This document shows, one piece after another, positions 1 through 9,947 of a stretch of DNA of 64,000 nucleotides. Source of the DNA: Bacteriovoracaceae bacterium (lineage in GTDB: Bacteria > Bdellovibrionota > Bacteriovoracia > Bacteriovoracales > Bacteriovoracaceae). The notes under the pieces were generated by a model. That model ran no database searches. It saw nothing but the letters and a program-made list of their open reading frames with translations, and was not told where the DNA came from. The translations under genes and the position numbers were made by a program. Within the stretch, counting starts at the first letter, position 1. Each line of letters starts with the position of its first letter. Location: assembly GCA_018649885.1 (NCBI GenBank), contig JABIHA010000121.1, positions 1-64,000 on the forward strand. The letters are read 5' to 3'.

Positions 1-198
1 AGTTGAACGCCGCTGAACTCTCATACTCGCCCGACAGCTTCTGTATCCTGGGTTCCAGCCGCCGCCACCATGTCCGCCACCATATCCGCCACCATATCCG
101 CCACCATATCCGCCACCGTGTCCGCCACCGTGTCCAGGGTGTGCTAGGGCAAGTCCAGATAAAGTCATTAGAAGCGCTGCGATAATAAAATTTTTCAT
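1..198 (-). CDS. Secreted Gly-rich protein, truncated at window edge (MKNFIIAALLMTLSGLALA-HPGHGGGHGGGYGGGYGGGYGGGHGGGGWNPG...)
   Basis: Translated by hand; ATG at 198 with AAGGAG RBS, Sec signal peptide, frame open to position 1. Not in the ORF track. Confidence 0.8.
   Translation of the reverse strand, partial: MKNFIIAALLMTLSGLALAHPGHGGGHGGGYGGGYGGGYGGGHGGGGWNPGYRSCRASMRVQRRST
62..133. repeat. 12-bp tandem repeat (ccgccacca/cg..., about 6 units) encoding GGG(H/Y)
   Basis: Directly visible tandem units. Confidence 0.9.
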
Positions 199-239
199 TA
201 CTCTCTCCTTAGTAATTAATTTTTCGATATTTTTTATAA

Positions 240-256
240 AGCAATTGGCATGCCAA
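240..256 (-). promoter_or_regulatory. sigma54 -24/-12 promoter TTGGCATGCCAATTGCT
   Basis: GG-N10-GC with TGGCA and TTGC, about 40 bp upstream of the ATG at 198. Confidence 0.7.
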
Positions 257-408
257 AAAAAACATCCAAAAAAGCTTATTCTAGGGATTAATACGCACCT
301 TGCACCGTGCAAACGGGAGCTAATGACACCAAAAAGTGGAGACACTCAGTGGACTTCATGCGTCGCAAGGTGATTTGGAAAATTAATTAAATAGGATACT
401 GTGTGTGC

Positions 409-801
409 ATGAAAAATTTTGTGCTCAAACCATTTCTCATTGCCCTTGGATGGATCTGTTTAGTAGTAGGCATTATTGGATCTTTTTTACCGCTTCTCCC
501 CACAACTCCTTTTATCCTGCTCGCTGCTTATTTTTTTTCCAAAGGCTCCCAGCGGTTTTATCTGTGGCTGATTCATCTTCCTAAATTTGGAGAGAGTATA
601 AAAAACTGGAATGAATCGGGAGTTATAGGTCTTCGTGCAAAAATAATCTGTGTGATTTCTATTTCTTCAGTACTTTTATATTTAAATTTATTCAAAGACT
701 ACACACCTGCACTAAAAGCATTTGTCTCACTAGTACTTTTAATAGTGGTAGTCTTTGTATGTACAAGGCCTGCAAAGGTTAAGGAAAAATTGGATGCCTG
801 A
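409..801 (+). CDS. ybaN: YbaN/DUF454 inner-membrane protein
   Basis: GSFLPLLPTTPFILLAA...KGSQRF motif. Confidence 0.85.
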   Translation: MKNFVLKPFLIALGWICLVVGIIGSFLPLLPTTPFILLAAYFFSKGSQRFYLWLIHLPKFGESIKNWNESGVIGLRAKIICVISISSVLLYLNLFKDYTPALKAFVSLVLLIVVVFVCTRPAKVKEKLDA

Positions 802-1828
802 AAAAGAGCACCTTATCACCAAAACGAGAATCAACTAATTTTGAGTTTAACTCTAGTGTGCCAATCACTTTGCCAACTTCACTTTCATCAGCGTTATCTG
901 TATTAAAGGCCTGTATTTCATAGATTGTCTCTGAGCTTGTGCCCTTCCAAACACTCCTCAACTCCTCTCTAAAGTTAACGCTATAGTCACTTCCATAAGT
1001 ACCTTCTACTTTGGGAACAAAAACTAAGTGATGAGGAGCTACAGCACTTGCAACAGATGTTCCGTCACCATTTACACGAGCAAAATTTCCTAAAGGGAGA
1101 TAGTTGGCCTTTCCACCAGAGGTAATTGTATCCATAGCATTTTTAAATATCCAGGCACCCACTTTTAATGGCGCGGTATCTGGAGCATCAATATTATTTG
1201 AAAAGCTATGCTTGAAAAAATTTGAATCTTTTCCCTGACCAGCAAGTTGATACATGGCCACCATATTTTCCGAGGGCTTGCCCTCTACAAAGAATTTCAG
1301 GCCAAAGCCTGGGATAAAATTTCCAGTAAACTGAGGGACTGCAACTGACAATCTAATGAGTCCTTTGTGATCACCTTTTGAAAGAAGCCCTGTGTAGGGT
1401 CCGTTTGTAATTCTCATAGTTATTTTGGCAACAGAACCTTGAGCGTGGATGACCTTTCTTCTTCCCCAAGGCATGAAGTCACTCTTATGGGTAAAAGTTA
1501 GGGCAAGATAACTAGAAAATGGTGAAAGAAATGTTGCAATAGGATTCGAGATAAAAGATGCAACATTGGCCACAAATAAGGGGCCTCCTGTTCCAAAATC
1601 ATATCCTTTGTAAACAGTTCTTGTTATGGCCTCTAAGAAATTTGAAGGGCCGGTAAAATCGATGTAGGGCTTATCGTATGCCGACTTCTCAACCTTGTCA
1701 TAAAGACAGTCTCTTTGAGTAGCTGCATCTTGCTTATTGTAGCCAAGAGAGCAGTTGTAAATCGATACACCAGATGCATAACTATTTGCACCCAAAACCA
1801 AGATCATAAGAATTAAGATATTTTTCAC
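779..1828 (-). CDS. Secreted catalase-related (heme-dependent catalase-like fold) protein
   Basis: Signal peptide; RKVIHAQG, IRLS and PGFGLKF motifs; GTG start with RBS. Confidence 0.6.
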   Translation of the reverse strand: MKNILILMILVLGANSYASGVSIYNCSLGYNKQDAATQRDCLYDKVEKSAYDKPYIDFTGPSNFLEAITRTVYKGYDFGTGGPLFVANVASFISNPIATFLSPFSSYLALTFTHKSDFMPWGRRKVIHAQGSVAKITMRITNGPYTGLLSKGDHKGLIRLSVAVPQFTGNFIPGFGLKFFVEGKPSENMVAMYQLAGQGKDSNFFKHSFSNNIDAPDTAPLKVGAWIFKNAMDTITSGGKANYLPLGNFARVNGDGTSVASAVAPHHLVFVPKVEGTYGSDYSVNFREELRSVWKGTSSETIYEIQAFNTDNADESEVGKVIGTLELNSKLVDSRFGDKVLFFRHPIFP

Positions 1829-1938
1829 ACAAAAACCCTTCCTTTGCCACATAGCTACCCTATAAGATGAGGGAAATCAGCATTTTTCTCAAAAAATAGT
1901 AAAAACTATAGCTATTTTCACGAATTCGGCAGCAGGTT

Positions 1939-2868
1939 CTAGAAAATAGAGGGGGGTCCTTTTGGAACAATCCTAAAGGGGTTGATGGAATCGTGTGAAA
2001 AGTAGTAGTGCCTCTTAATATGATCAAGTCTTGTGGTCTTTTGAAAGGCCGGAATTTCATATAAATTTTTTAAATAGCGATGGAGGTTTTTAAATTCTTT
2101 GATTTTTTTCACATTACACTTGAAGTGAAAGTAGTAAACTAAATCGAATCTTACCAGCGTGGTGTATAGCCTTATGTCTGTTTCTGTTAACTGATCTCCC
2201 ACTAAAAAGTCTTGACCCTCAAGCCTTTGATCCATTCGTCCAAGTGACAGATACAAATTCTCAATTGCTTTGTCATAGGCCTTTTGAGTTCGAGCAAAGC
2301 CACACAGATAAACACCATTATTAATATTGCTATATACATCTGCATTTACACTATCAATTTCTTTTTGATGAACAGTGGGATAGAAGTCATCTGAATTTTT
2401 GGTTAGACCATTAAAGCTTTGATTAAAAATTCTCACGATTTCAGAGGACTCATTATTAACAATAGTTTTAGGCTTTTTATCCAGCAAGATCGGCACTGTC
2501 ACTCTCCCACTAAACCCAGAAAAGCATGCCACATAAACATCCTTTAGATATTCACACCCAAACTCGGTATCAGCTAAAACTCCTTCCATATCCTGGTGAA
2601 AGCTCCATCCATTTTCAAGCATATCAGGACTTACAATCGACAGAGAGATGATATCACTGAGCCCTTTAAGCTCTCTCATAATAAGAGTGCGGTGGGCCCA
2701 TGGGCATGCATAAGAGACATAGAGGTGGTAGCGATCCCTCTCAGGGAGGAAATCGCCACTATTATCAATTGTATTTCTAAAGTTTTGTACTTGCCTGATG
2801 TACGCACCATCTAATGTGCGTGGGTTTACTTCTTCGACCACCCATTTTCCATTTTCAAGACGCCCCAT
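1939..2868 (-). CDS. yqjG: Glutathionyl-hydroquinone reductase (Xi-class GST)
   Basis: YACPWAHR, RVTVPIL, IVNNESSEI, INNGVY, HIKRHYY motifs. Confidence 0.93.
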   Translation of the reverse strand: MGRLENGKWVVEEVNPRTLDGAYIRQVQNFRNTIDNSGDFLPERDRYHLYVSYACPWAHRTLIMRELKGLSDIISLSIVSPDMLENGWSFHQDMEGVLADTEFGCEYLKDVYVACFSGFSGRVTVPILLDKKPKTIVNNESSEIVRIFNQSFNGLTKNSDDFYPTVHQKEIDSVNADVYSNINNGVYLCGFARTQKAYDKAIENLYLSLGRMDQRLEGQDFLVGDQLTETDIRLYTTLVRFDLVYYFHFKCNVKKIKEFKNLHRYLKNLYEIPAFQKTTRLDHIKRHYYFSHDSINPFRIVPKGPPSIF

Positions 2869-2884
2869 CAGAATTCTCCAAAAT

Positions 2885-3478
2885 TTAGGATTTTAGAAAA
2901 ACGTTAAAATCAACTTTTACTTCGTCATGGATTAATTTGTCGCCTAGGTCTTTAAAAAAGTTCCCCGATTTGTAGGTCATACCAAATTTTGTTCTATCAA
3001 ACTTCAATGTCCCACTAAAGCCCTTTCCCTTTTTGGTCATTTTAAATTTCACAGGGTGTGTATTGTTTTTAATAGTTAAATTGGCAAAAACCATATTCCC
3101 TTTAACTTTTGATATTTCAAGTTTAGCTGTGGGAAACTGCTTAACATCAAAAAAATCTGGGGCCTTAATGTGACCTAGAAATTTATCTTTCCACTCCCCT
3201 GAAAGGTCACCTACGGTGATACTACTAATATCCACTACAAAACTTCCACTTTGTAGCTTTCCATTCTTAGATAGATTAACCCAACCTGATCTCAGCTTAA
3301 TTTGACCTTCGTGTTTTCCAGTCATTTTAGTCCCAAGCCACGAAAACCCACTCTTACCTATATCGACGCTTTTCTTGCTCACAGCACTTTTAGCTTTCAT
3401 CTCTTTTTTCATTTCAGTACCAGAAGAAAAGGCCTGAAAGGCAAAGAGAGTACTGAGGATAATTGTAAATATTTTCAT
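2885..3478 (-). CDS. YceI family periplasmic protein
   Basis: Signal peptide; HIKAPDFFDVKQFPTA, LTIK, FDRTKFG. Confidence 0.9.
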   Translation of the reverse strand: MKIFTIILSTLFAFQAFSSGTEMKKEMKAKSAVSKKSVDIGKSGFSWLGTKMTGKHEGQIKLRSGWVNLSKNGKLQSGSFVVDISSITVGDLSGEWKDKFLGHIKAPDFFDVKQFPTAKLEISKVKGNMVFANLTIKNNTHPVKFKMTKKGKGFSGTLKFDRTKFGMTYKSGNFFKDLGDKLIHDEVKVDFNVFLKS

Positions 3479-3527
3479 TTATGCTCCTTTTATTAATTTC
3501 ACACACCCATCATCGCCTAAAATGATC

Positions 3528-3576
3528 TGTTGCAAAAGGGGTCAATTTCGAGATACAATGTTGCAAAATTGGAACA
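3528..3576. promoter_or_regulatory. Probable LysR binding sites in the divergent promoter
   Basis: TGTTGCAAAA twice (3528, 3559); the second lies in the dyad TGTT-N10-AACA. Confidence 0.5.
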
Positions 3577-3581
3577 ATAAA

Positions 3582-4475
3582 ATGAACCTCAATTTACTGC
3601 GTACATTCTCTAAAGTTGTGGAATTAAAGAGCTTCACTAAGGCTGCCCAAGCACTTGCTCTACCAAAATCTAGAGTTTCTAGAGCTGTAGCAAGGTTAGA
3701 AGATGACCTGGGGGTCTCGTTGATCAGAAGAAGTACCAGGCTCGTGGCCCCTACTGAGCTGGGGGTAAAGTTTTATAACAGCATTGAAAATCAACTCCAC
3801 TCCATCGAAAATGCAGTTCATATGCTCACTGAGGTTTCTTCAAAGCTCTCGGGAACCATAAGAGTTTCCGCCCCTGAAGATTTTGGCCTGAGTGTCCTGT
3901 GTCCATTGATGGATAAATTTCAAGATATCTACCCTGAAATCAGATTTGAGCTCATTCAGTCTAATACTTATTTAGATTTAAATTTTAACGATATTGACGT
4001 CACTTTTAGAATCGGAAAACTTAAAGACTCCTCACTTATCCAAAAAAAGGTGGCGTCAGTTAGTCTCATTTTAGCAGCAGGCACCGACTATCTTGCAAAA
4101 TACGGAGAGCCAAAATCACTAGAGGAACTTAAATCTCATCGAATTTATGGATTTTTTAGCGAGAACAACTTGTCCCCCAGAGAAGACCTACTTAAGCAAT
4201 TTGTGAATATTGAAACCCAGTCAACAATTATGAGTTGTAATAGCTTTTCTCTTTTGAAACAAATTGCTGAATCAAATAAAGGCATTGTGATCCTGCCCGA
4301 TTTTTTCTTTAGCGTGTTAGGCAAAAAAAGTGGACTCAAAAGAGTTCTACCGAATAAGACCTCAAAAAAGAGTAATATCCACTTAATTTACCCAAGCTCA
4401 AGAAATTTACTTCAAAGGACAAGGACATTTATTGATTTTGTCTCTCAGGAGATCACTCACCACACCACTTGTTAG
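3582..4475 (+). CDS. LysR family regulator (CrgA/DmlR-like)
   Basis: SFTKAAQALALPKSRVSRAVARLE HTH; divergent from yceI-yqjG. Confidence 0.93.
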   Translation: MNLNLLRTFSKVVELKSFTKAAQALALPKSRVSRAVARLEDDLGVSLIRRSTRLVAPTELGVKFYNSIENQLHSIENAVHMLTEVSSKLSGTIRVSAPEDFGLSVLCPLMDKFQDIYPEIRFELIQSNTYLDLNFNDIDVTFRIGKLKDSSLIQKKVASVSLILAAGTDYLAKYGEPKSLEELKSHRIYGFFSENNLSPREDLLKQFVNIETQSTIMSCNSFSLLKQIAESNKGIVILPDFFFSVLGKKSGLKRVLPNKTSKKSNIHLIYPSSRNLLQRTRTFIDFVSQEITHHTTC

Positions 4476-4492
4476 CGGCACCAATGTCGTGA

Positions 4493-5071
4493 TTACTCCA
4501 AAAGCAAGATTGCAGAGGCCAACTCTTTTTTAAGGATAGGAACTGTCTCAACACTTGCGCGCTGTTTTAGTTTTTCTAGTGCAGAATCCAATTTTAAATA
4601 GACCACAGATCCTATGGCCTCTTTTCTTACAGCGGCCATACCACTATCTAATCTGCCTATGATTTCACTTGCCAGGGTTTTATCGCCTTGCTTGTACAGT
4701 ACTTCCGCCGCGATAATAGCAATAGGTAAGCTTTTCATTGTTACAAGACTTTTTAGTTTTGTTTTAGTTTTTTCATCTTTGTAGTGAATGAGTGCTAAGC
4801 AAGCACTTCTTTGCATATCAAAATTAGGAGCATTATCCATAAAAGTTGTAATCTGTTCTCTAAGTTCGGGAACATTTTTATGTTTGAGACTATGTAAAAT
4901 CTCGCTAATGGCATCAAGGTTTTTTGATCTTAAAATTTTACTGTATTTAGCAATATCTTTTTTTGACATCGCCTTGTTATCTTGAAGCTCTCCCTTCTTG
5001 TGCCCATCTCCATGGGTCACGTTAAGAGATAGGATTAGTGAAAGTGTAAGCAGCAAAGCTTTTGAGAACAT
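4493..5071 (-). CDS. Secreted HEAT-repeat-like protein
   Basis: Signal peptide; helical repeats such as AVRKEAIGSV. Confidence 0.55.
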   Translation of the reverse strand: MFSKALLLTLSLILSLNVTHGDGHKKGELQDNKAMSKKDIAKYSKILRSKNLDAISEILHSLKHKNVPELREQITTFMDNAPNFDMQRSACLALIHYKDEKTKTKLKSLVTMKSLPIAIIAAEVLYKQGDKTLASEIIGRLDSGMAAVRKEAIGSVVYLKLDSALEKLKQRASVETVPILKKELASAILLLE

Positions 5072-5192
5072 TTTGCCTCCTAATTTGTGATCTATGATTT
5101 ATATAAAAATCCTAGCACAAATTTTCTAAGAGGCCAATTGCTGGAATAGGTGCCTACTAGGCAAAGCTTAAAAAAAGAGCTAAGTTTGGGCC

Positions 5193-5963
5193 ATGCATCA
5201 CTATTTGATCACACTGTCTTATAACGGGACACAATTTAGCGGTTGGCAATCCCAAACCGGAGATCTGAAAACAATTCAATCGGAGCTCCTCAGGGCCTTT
5301 AGAAAGTCTGTTAAACAAAGAGATGTAGTTGTTGTTGGCGCAAGCCGTACAGACCGGGGAGTACATGCCTTAGACCAAAAAGTAAAAGTCTCACTCCTTT
5401 GTGATTTGCAGCCTGATGCGCTTCAAAGCTCTGTGAACTATAGACTCCACCCTGATGTGAAAATTCTAAATTGCACCAAGGTTTCAAAAGAATTTAATCT
5501 GTTTAATAGTTGCCAGAAAAAAACTTACCACTACTATTTTAGTAATCAGAAAAATGAAATTCCCATTCACACTGATCAAGTGGTCTATGTTTCCAGAGAA
5601 ATGGATATAGAGAAAATGAAAAAGGCCTGTTCAACTTTTGTAGGCGAACATGATTTTAGAAATTTTTATAGCAAAAGCTCACAGGTAAAAAGTACTGTAC
5701 GCGAGATCACACACTTCGAACTAAGCAAGTGCCAATTTTCGCCATTTTTAGATGAAGTAATGGTTTTTAAAGTTGAAGGTTATGGTTTTTTAAAGCATTT
5801 AATACGCTATATGGTGGGTACTATATTTCAAGTTGGACTGGGATATAAAAGTGAAGATCATATACGTGAATATCTTGAAGTTGAAAAAGATGATAAGTTG
5901 TCCAAAAAAGCACCAGCTCACGGGCTCTACCTCTATCAAATAGAGCTAAAAAACCACCACTAG
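5193..5963 (+). CDS. truA: tRNA pseudouridine(38-40) synthase
   Basis: YNGTQFSGWQ, ASRTDRGVHA, GEHDFRNF, FLKHLIRYMVG, APAHGLYL. Confidence 0.93.
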   Translation: MHHYLITLSYNGTQFSGWQSQTGDLKTIQSELLRAFRKSVKQRDVVVVGASRTDRGVHALDQKVKVSLLCDLQPDALQSSVNYRLHPDVKILNCTKVSKEFNLFNSCQKKTYHYYFSNQKNEIPIHTDQVVYVSREMDIEKMKKACSTFVGEHDFRNFYSKSSQVKSTVREITHFELSKCQFSPFLDEVMVFKVEGYGFLKHLIRYMVGTIFQVGLGYKSEDHIREYLEVEKDDKLSKKAPAHGLYLYQIELKNHH

Positions 5964-7012
5964 TGGCCAGATGCTTGCCTATCCCCAATAAGAGCAACTC
6001 GGTGATCTTTGATTCGTTTTTCATTGAGCCAATATGGACTTGTGATTTCTTTAAAGGCATAGATGGCAGCCTGAATGCCCTCGGCCCAAGCTACTGTGAT
6101 AAGCTTTATATCACCATGAATATCACCCACAGCAAATATCCCTTTTCGGCTGGTCTCAAAATAAGAGTCGATGGCCACACTTCCATCTGATTTCAATCTT
6201 ATATTTAAATCTTCAAAAACTTTTTTTGAAGAGATAAATCCAATTTGGACAATAACCAGGTCGCATTCAACTTCACTACCATTCGATAGCGTAAGGTAGA
6301 CTCGACCTTGTTTTTGCTGCGCTTTAACTATTTCTGTTTCAACTAAAACTCTACATCCTGACTCTTTAACTCTTAAAAATGTATCATGTTTTCCCACAGG
6401 ATTTTTTTCTCTAATAACTTGAGTGACTTCCCCATTTCTCTCATGAACCATGACAGCAGCATCAAGAGCAGAGTCGCCACCTCCAACAATAACAACAGAC
6501 TTTCCACTATAATCTGATATTTTGGGTATCTTATACAATACCAGCTTTGGGCCCAAGGCCTCTAAAACTGGAACCTTTCTGGGAAAATGCAAAAGCCCAA
6601 AGGCCAATATCACTTTTCTACACTTATAACTTCCTTTGCTTGTCACAACACATTTTAATTTTTGATCACCTACCAGCTGATCAACACGGCCAATGCGCTG
6701 TAACTCTTCATTGAAACGAAATTGCACCAGTGCACCCAGTGCCTGCTGATAAGTTGAACTTGAAAGCTCATGCCCTTTGACACCTGCTGGAAAGCCAGGC
6801 ACATCTACTATCTTTTTATCGCTATAGAGAAACTCTGGCTGGCCTCCAGCTTTTGACTTTGCCTCAATCACTAAAGTGGTGAGTCCCCTATGAGCAGTTG
6901 TTAAACTGGCGGACAACCCTGCAGGACCAGCTCCAATGACAAGCACATCCCAATAGGGAATATTATCAAAATTAATCTTTTCATCTAGAGATTTTATACT
7001 AAAGTCTGCCAT
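5960..7012 (-). CDS. TrxR-like ferredoxin-NADP+ reductase (no redox CxxC)
   Basis: GAGPAG, GGQ..LY..K.I.DVPGFP, GGGDSALD, GIFAVGD. Confidence 0.8.
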   Translation of the reverse strand: MADFSIKSLDEKINFDNIPYWDVLVIGAGPAGLSASLTTAHRGLTTLVIEAKSKAGGQPEFLYSDKKIVDVPGFPAGVKGHELSSSTYQQALGALVQFRFNEELQRIGRVDQLVGDQKLKCVVTSKGSYKCRKVILAFGLLHFPRKVPVLEALGPKLVLYKIPKISDYSGKSVVIVGGGDSALDAAVMVHERNGEVTQVIREKNPVGKHDTFLRVKESGCRVLVETEIVKAQQKQGRVYLTLSNGSEVECDLVIVQIGFISSKKVFEDLNIRLKSDGSVAIDSYFETSRKGIFAVGDIHGDIKLITVAWAEGIQAAIYAFKEITSPYWLNEKRIKDHRVALIGDRQASGH

Positions 7013-7134
7013 GTATTAGATCCTTCGTTTAGAGAAGACTTCTATACATTTATCGCATGGAATCATATATGAATAAAATTAGAATTTTTCTACTATTTAA
7101 TCAGAAAATCTTATACCTTAAAATCTATTGAATA

Positions 7135-7611
7135 TTAAGAAGCCTTTTTTTCACCATCAATTAGCTGAAGATTTGGTCTTTCAACTTCTTCTTCTCCGTA
7201 TTTGAGTTTATCAATATATCTCATATGGACATTTAGAGTTTGATCCAAATTATCGAAATAGTCACCATCTCGAAATTTTAAAGGCTTAGTTTTCTCACCT
7301 GCCGATAATAGCTTCAATGTCATTTCAACTTTCTTGATAGGTCCAATAATCTTCATTCCCAATATCCACGAAGCACTAAAATAGATGATGCCCGATAAGA
7401 AAACTGAAACAAAAGCTCCTGCCTCTAGAAATGAAAGGCAAAAAATCAAAGTAGAAGCTCCTAGAATAAAATTCAAACTAGTATAAAGTGCAAACCTTGT
7501 TTGAAATTTCTCATCAATTAAAGAGCCATGCCTTCTATTTTGAGAGCTGTAGATAAGGGTAGATTCAGCTCTAGTTATACTTTTTAAGTCGTGGGCATGA
7601 ATGGTTTCCAT
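7135..7611 (-). CDS. Two-TM membrane protein with HAMP-like linker
   Basis: 2 TM segments, then IIGPIKKV...LKFRDGDYFDNL. Confidence 0.6.
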   Translation of the reverse strand: METIHAHDLKSITRAESTLIYSSQNRRHGSLIDEKFQTRFALYTSLNFILGASTLIFCLSFLEAGAFVSVFLSGIIYFSASWILGMKIIGPIKKVEMTLKLLSAGEKTKPLKFRDGDYFDNLDQTLNVHMRYIDKLKYGEEEVERPNLQLIDGEKKAS

Positions 7612-7784
7612 ATTTCACCTCGTTTTTGGTTTCAATAACCTCATCGGTTAATATAGTAATTTAGTAAAATTAGGAGCTTAATTAGCCATAAAAATTATTT
7701 ATCTTGTTGAAATTTAATACACTTTCTTAAATATTACATTCTGCTGCATGCAAAGTGGGCGACAACGATGATAGCTTTAAGTCT

Positions 7785-8687
7785 ATGAAAATAGTGCTAA
7801 TTCTACTCTCTTTTAATTTATGTCTATCTGTCTGCCACGGCTCTGGACTTAAGTCTATTTGGTGGAATGTGGCGAGACTTGCTGTTCCCATTGGTGAAAG
7901 CCTTCCTCAAACAAGTGAAGAGATTGAGAGAAATTCTGAAGTTAATCGTGAGCTAATTAGTATTATTTCAAATGAAAATCCTGATGTTCTGATGATTGGA
8001 GAAGCTGTACCCACCGCCTTTAGTGAAAGCTTCAAGGCGAAGGCCCGTGAGGTGTATCCCTACCAACAATTTTTTAGATATAATCCCAGTGACAAAGTTT
8101 TTGGCTTCTACATTTTGGCAAAAGTGCCACCTAAGAATATCGTTAAACAACCTCTCCATTGGTTTCCACTCAACCTTGAAGCTGAGTACAAAGACAAATG
8201 GTTGTCTCCTTTTCCAGATGACCCTCACTCGAGAGATTATATCCAGCTAGATTTTGAGACAAATGAAGGGAATTTAAGTGTTGTGCCAATTCATCTGATG
8301 ATGCCGTGGGTTCAAATGATTGATCAAAAAGGTGTCCTCAAGGCCTCTTTCGCCATGTTTTATGATGCCTCCCACCCACAAATGATTCAGCTTCAAAACC
8401 TCATTAAAAAGCTGAGAGATCTCAAGAATTCCGGAGTGAGTTTCTTTGCCATGGGAGACTTCAACTTTCCTAAAAAAGTCTTATCTCAGCGCACTATGGG
8501 ATTTTTCTTTCTCTCCACCTTTTTTGATGAATTAGGCAGTACTGGGGGGACTTTTAAGGTTACGAAATATCAAATAAGGACACCACTGGATCTAGACCAG
8601 GCCTACGGAAGTGGAATTGAAAATGCTGTGTTAAGAAGGCTATCCTACTCCCATTCTGACCACTTTCCTATTCAACTCACGTTTTAA
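7785..8687 (+). CDS. Secreted endonuclease/exonuclease/phosphatase (EEP) protein
   Basis: WNV, PDVLMIGE, MGDFN, SDHFPI. Confidence 0.85.
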   Translation: MKIVLILLSFNLCLSVCHGSGLKSIWWNVARLAVPIGESLPQTSEEIERNSEVNRELISIISNENPDVLMIGEAVPTAFSESFKAKAREVYPYQQFFRYNPSDKVFGFYILAKVPPKNIVKQPLHWFPLNLEAEYKDKWLSPFPDDPHSRDYIQLDFETNEGNLSVVPIHLMMPWVQMIDQKGVLKASFAMFYDASHPQMIQLQNLIKKLRDLKNSGVSFFAMGDFNFPKKVLSQRTMGFFFLSTFFDELGSTGGTFKVTKYQIRTPLDLDQAYGSGIENAVLRRLSYSHSDHFPIQLTF

Positions 8688-8753
8688 GTGCTTCCCCTTT
8701 CTATTTTGTTAGCATAAAATGTACTAGTAAAACAAAACTCAAAGGCATTTATT

Positions 8754-9062
8754 ATGAGGCGCTCCTGGGACCCAAAGACTCCATTTGAACTCTTCTTTAT
8801 TTATCCGCTAATTATGCCAATCATACTTTTTTCTTTAACTGTTGCCCTTGTTTGGATTAACTATGGAAACAAAGGACTCTTTTCAGGAAGAAATAGAGTG
8901 TTCACAATGCTGGGAATTTTCCCTTCAATACTTTTTTTGTTTGTATTTAATGACAACCAACTTGTTTTAAATAATAAGGCCTTACTGTATGGCGTTCCAT
9001 TCACACTACAAACAGTGCATACATTTAGTTGGTATTTTTCATTGAAAAAAATTAGATCTTAA
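8754..9062 (+). CDS. Small membrane protein, 3 TM
   Basis: Hydrophobic ORF. Confidence 0.55.
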   Translation: MRRSWDPKTPFELFFIYPLIMPIILFSLTVALVWINYGNKGLFSGRNRVFTMLGIFPSILFLFVFNDNQLVLNNKALLYGVPFTLQTVHTFSWYFSLKKIRS

Positions 9063-9315
9063 GAAGACCCATCTTATAAAGTGCCAGGCATTTTATATTC
9101 CAAGCAAATGTTGGTTTTTTAAATTCTCCCTCTAAAAAGTCTGCTTTGTATTGATTACACCACCTATGAGAAATCTGGAGGTTACTGTCATCGTCATCGC
9201 CCCCTTTAGACTTAGGGGTAATATGATCTAAATTGGCGTGGTCCACACTGAGAATTTTGTGACCACAAATACCGCAGGTGCAACCTGGGAAATACCAATT
9301 TTTCGCAGAACCCAT
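9052..9315 (-). CDS. Small HNH endonuclease
   Basis: CGICG...LDHITPKSKGG...NLQISHRWCNQYK. Confidence 0.85.
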   Translation of the reverse strand: MGSAKNWYFPGCTCGICGHKILSVDHANLDHITPKSKGGDDDDSNLQISHRWCNQYKADFLEGEFKKPTFAWNIKCLALYKMGLLKI

Positions 9316-9331
9316 ATAGTTAGACGCCTAG

Positions 9332-9355
9332 GGCAGTGCCTATCTTGGCACTGCC
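9332..9355. other. GC-rich hairpin between the H1-like gene and the HNH gene
   Basis: ggcagtgcc-tatctt-ggcactgcc; no U-tract on the minus strand. Confidence 0.6.
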
Positions 9356-9381
9356 TGCCATAAATTTCATTGATAAAAGAT

Positions 9382-9885
9382 TTACTTTGCTTTTTTTGCT
9401 ACTTTTTTTGTGGCCTTCTTTGCGACTTTTTTCTTAGCTACTTTCTTTGTGGCCTTCTTCGCAACTTTCTTAGTCGCCTTCTTTGCAACTTTCTTAGTTG
9501 CTTTCTTTGCAACTTTTTTAGTGGCCTTCTTTGCAACCTTCTTCTTAGTGGTTTTAGTTAAGCCTGAAGTTTTCTTTTTGATGTAGCCTTCAACTGTTTT
9601 TTTAATGCTTTCAAGTTCTTTGTGTTGAAGTTCAAAAATATTTTTAATTCTTTTTAACTCTTTATCTCTTAAAGCATTGAGTGCTTTTTTCTCTTTTTGA
9701 AAACTCTTTTGAACGTCACTTAAAGTTGAATTGATCATTTTTTCAACTTGCTTCTTTCTCTGAGCTTGCATTTTTTTAATATTTGTTAAAACACTTTGCA
9801 GTTCTTTATTTTTCAAAAGTTGCTGAAAGTTTTTTTCAAGATTACCAAAGGCTTTTAGTAAACTTTTCTTAGCTGTATTAGACAT
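9382..9885 (-). CDS. Coiled-coil protein with histone H1-like KKVAKKAT tail (Hc2/PhaF-like architecture)
   Basis: AAGGAG RBS before ATG 9885; helical N-terminus; 7 KKVAK units. Confidence 0.8.
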   Translation of the reverse strand: MSNTAKKSLLKAFGNLEKNFQQLLKNKELQSVLTNIKKMQAQRKKQVEKMINSTLSDVQKSFQKEKKALNALRDKELKRIKNIFELQHKELESIKKTVEGYIKKKTSGLTKTTKKKVAKKATKKVAKKATKKVAKKATKKVAKKATKKVAKKKVAKKATKKVAKKAK

Positions 9886-9947
9886 GATGTTCTCCTTTAA
9901 AAAGACTAGGTGAATCATATCACGAGCTGCACTGATTACAAGCCGTT

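Noticed and set aside
62..133. Tandem repeat as a CRISPR array
   Set aside because: 12-bp units with no spacers; coding repeat; no cas genes.
3..185. Plus-strand His/Arg-repeat ORF (RHHIRHH)
   Set aside because: Shadow of the minus-strand Gly-rich gene, which has the RBS, signal peptide and promoter.
5960..7012. Thioredoxin reductase trxB
   Set aside because: Lacks the redox CxxC; fits the FNR-type subfamily.
9052..9315. HNH as part of a mobile intron, IscB or restriction system
   Set aside because: No host gene interruption, RuvC motifs, terminal repeats or DNA methyltransferase nearby.
9370..9561. Cys/Phe/Leu repeat ORF
   Set aside because: Antisense shadow of the KKVAKKAT repeats.
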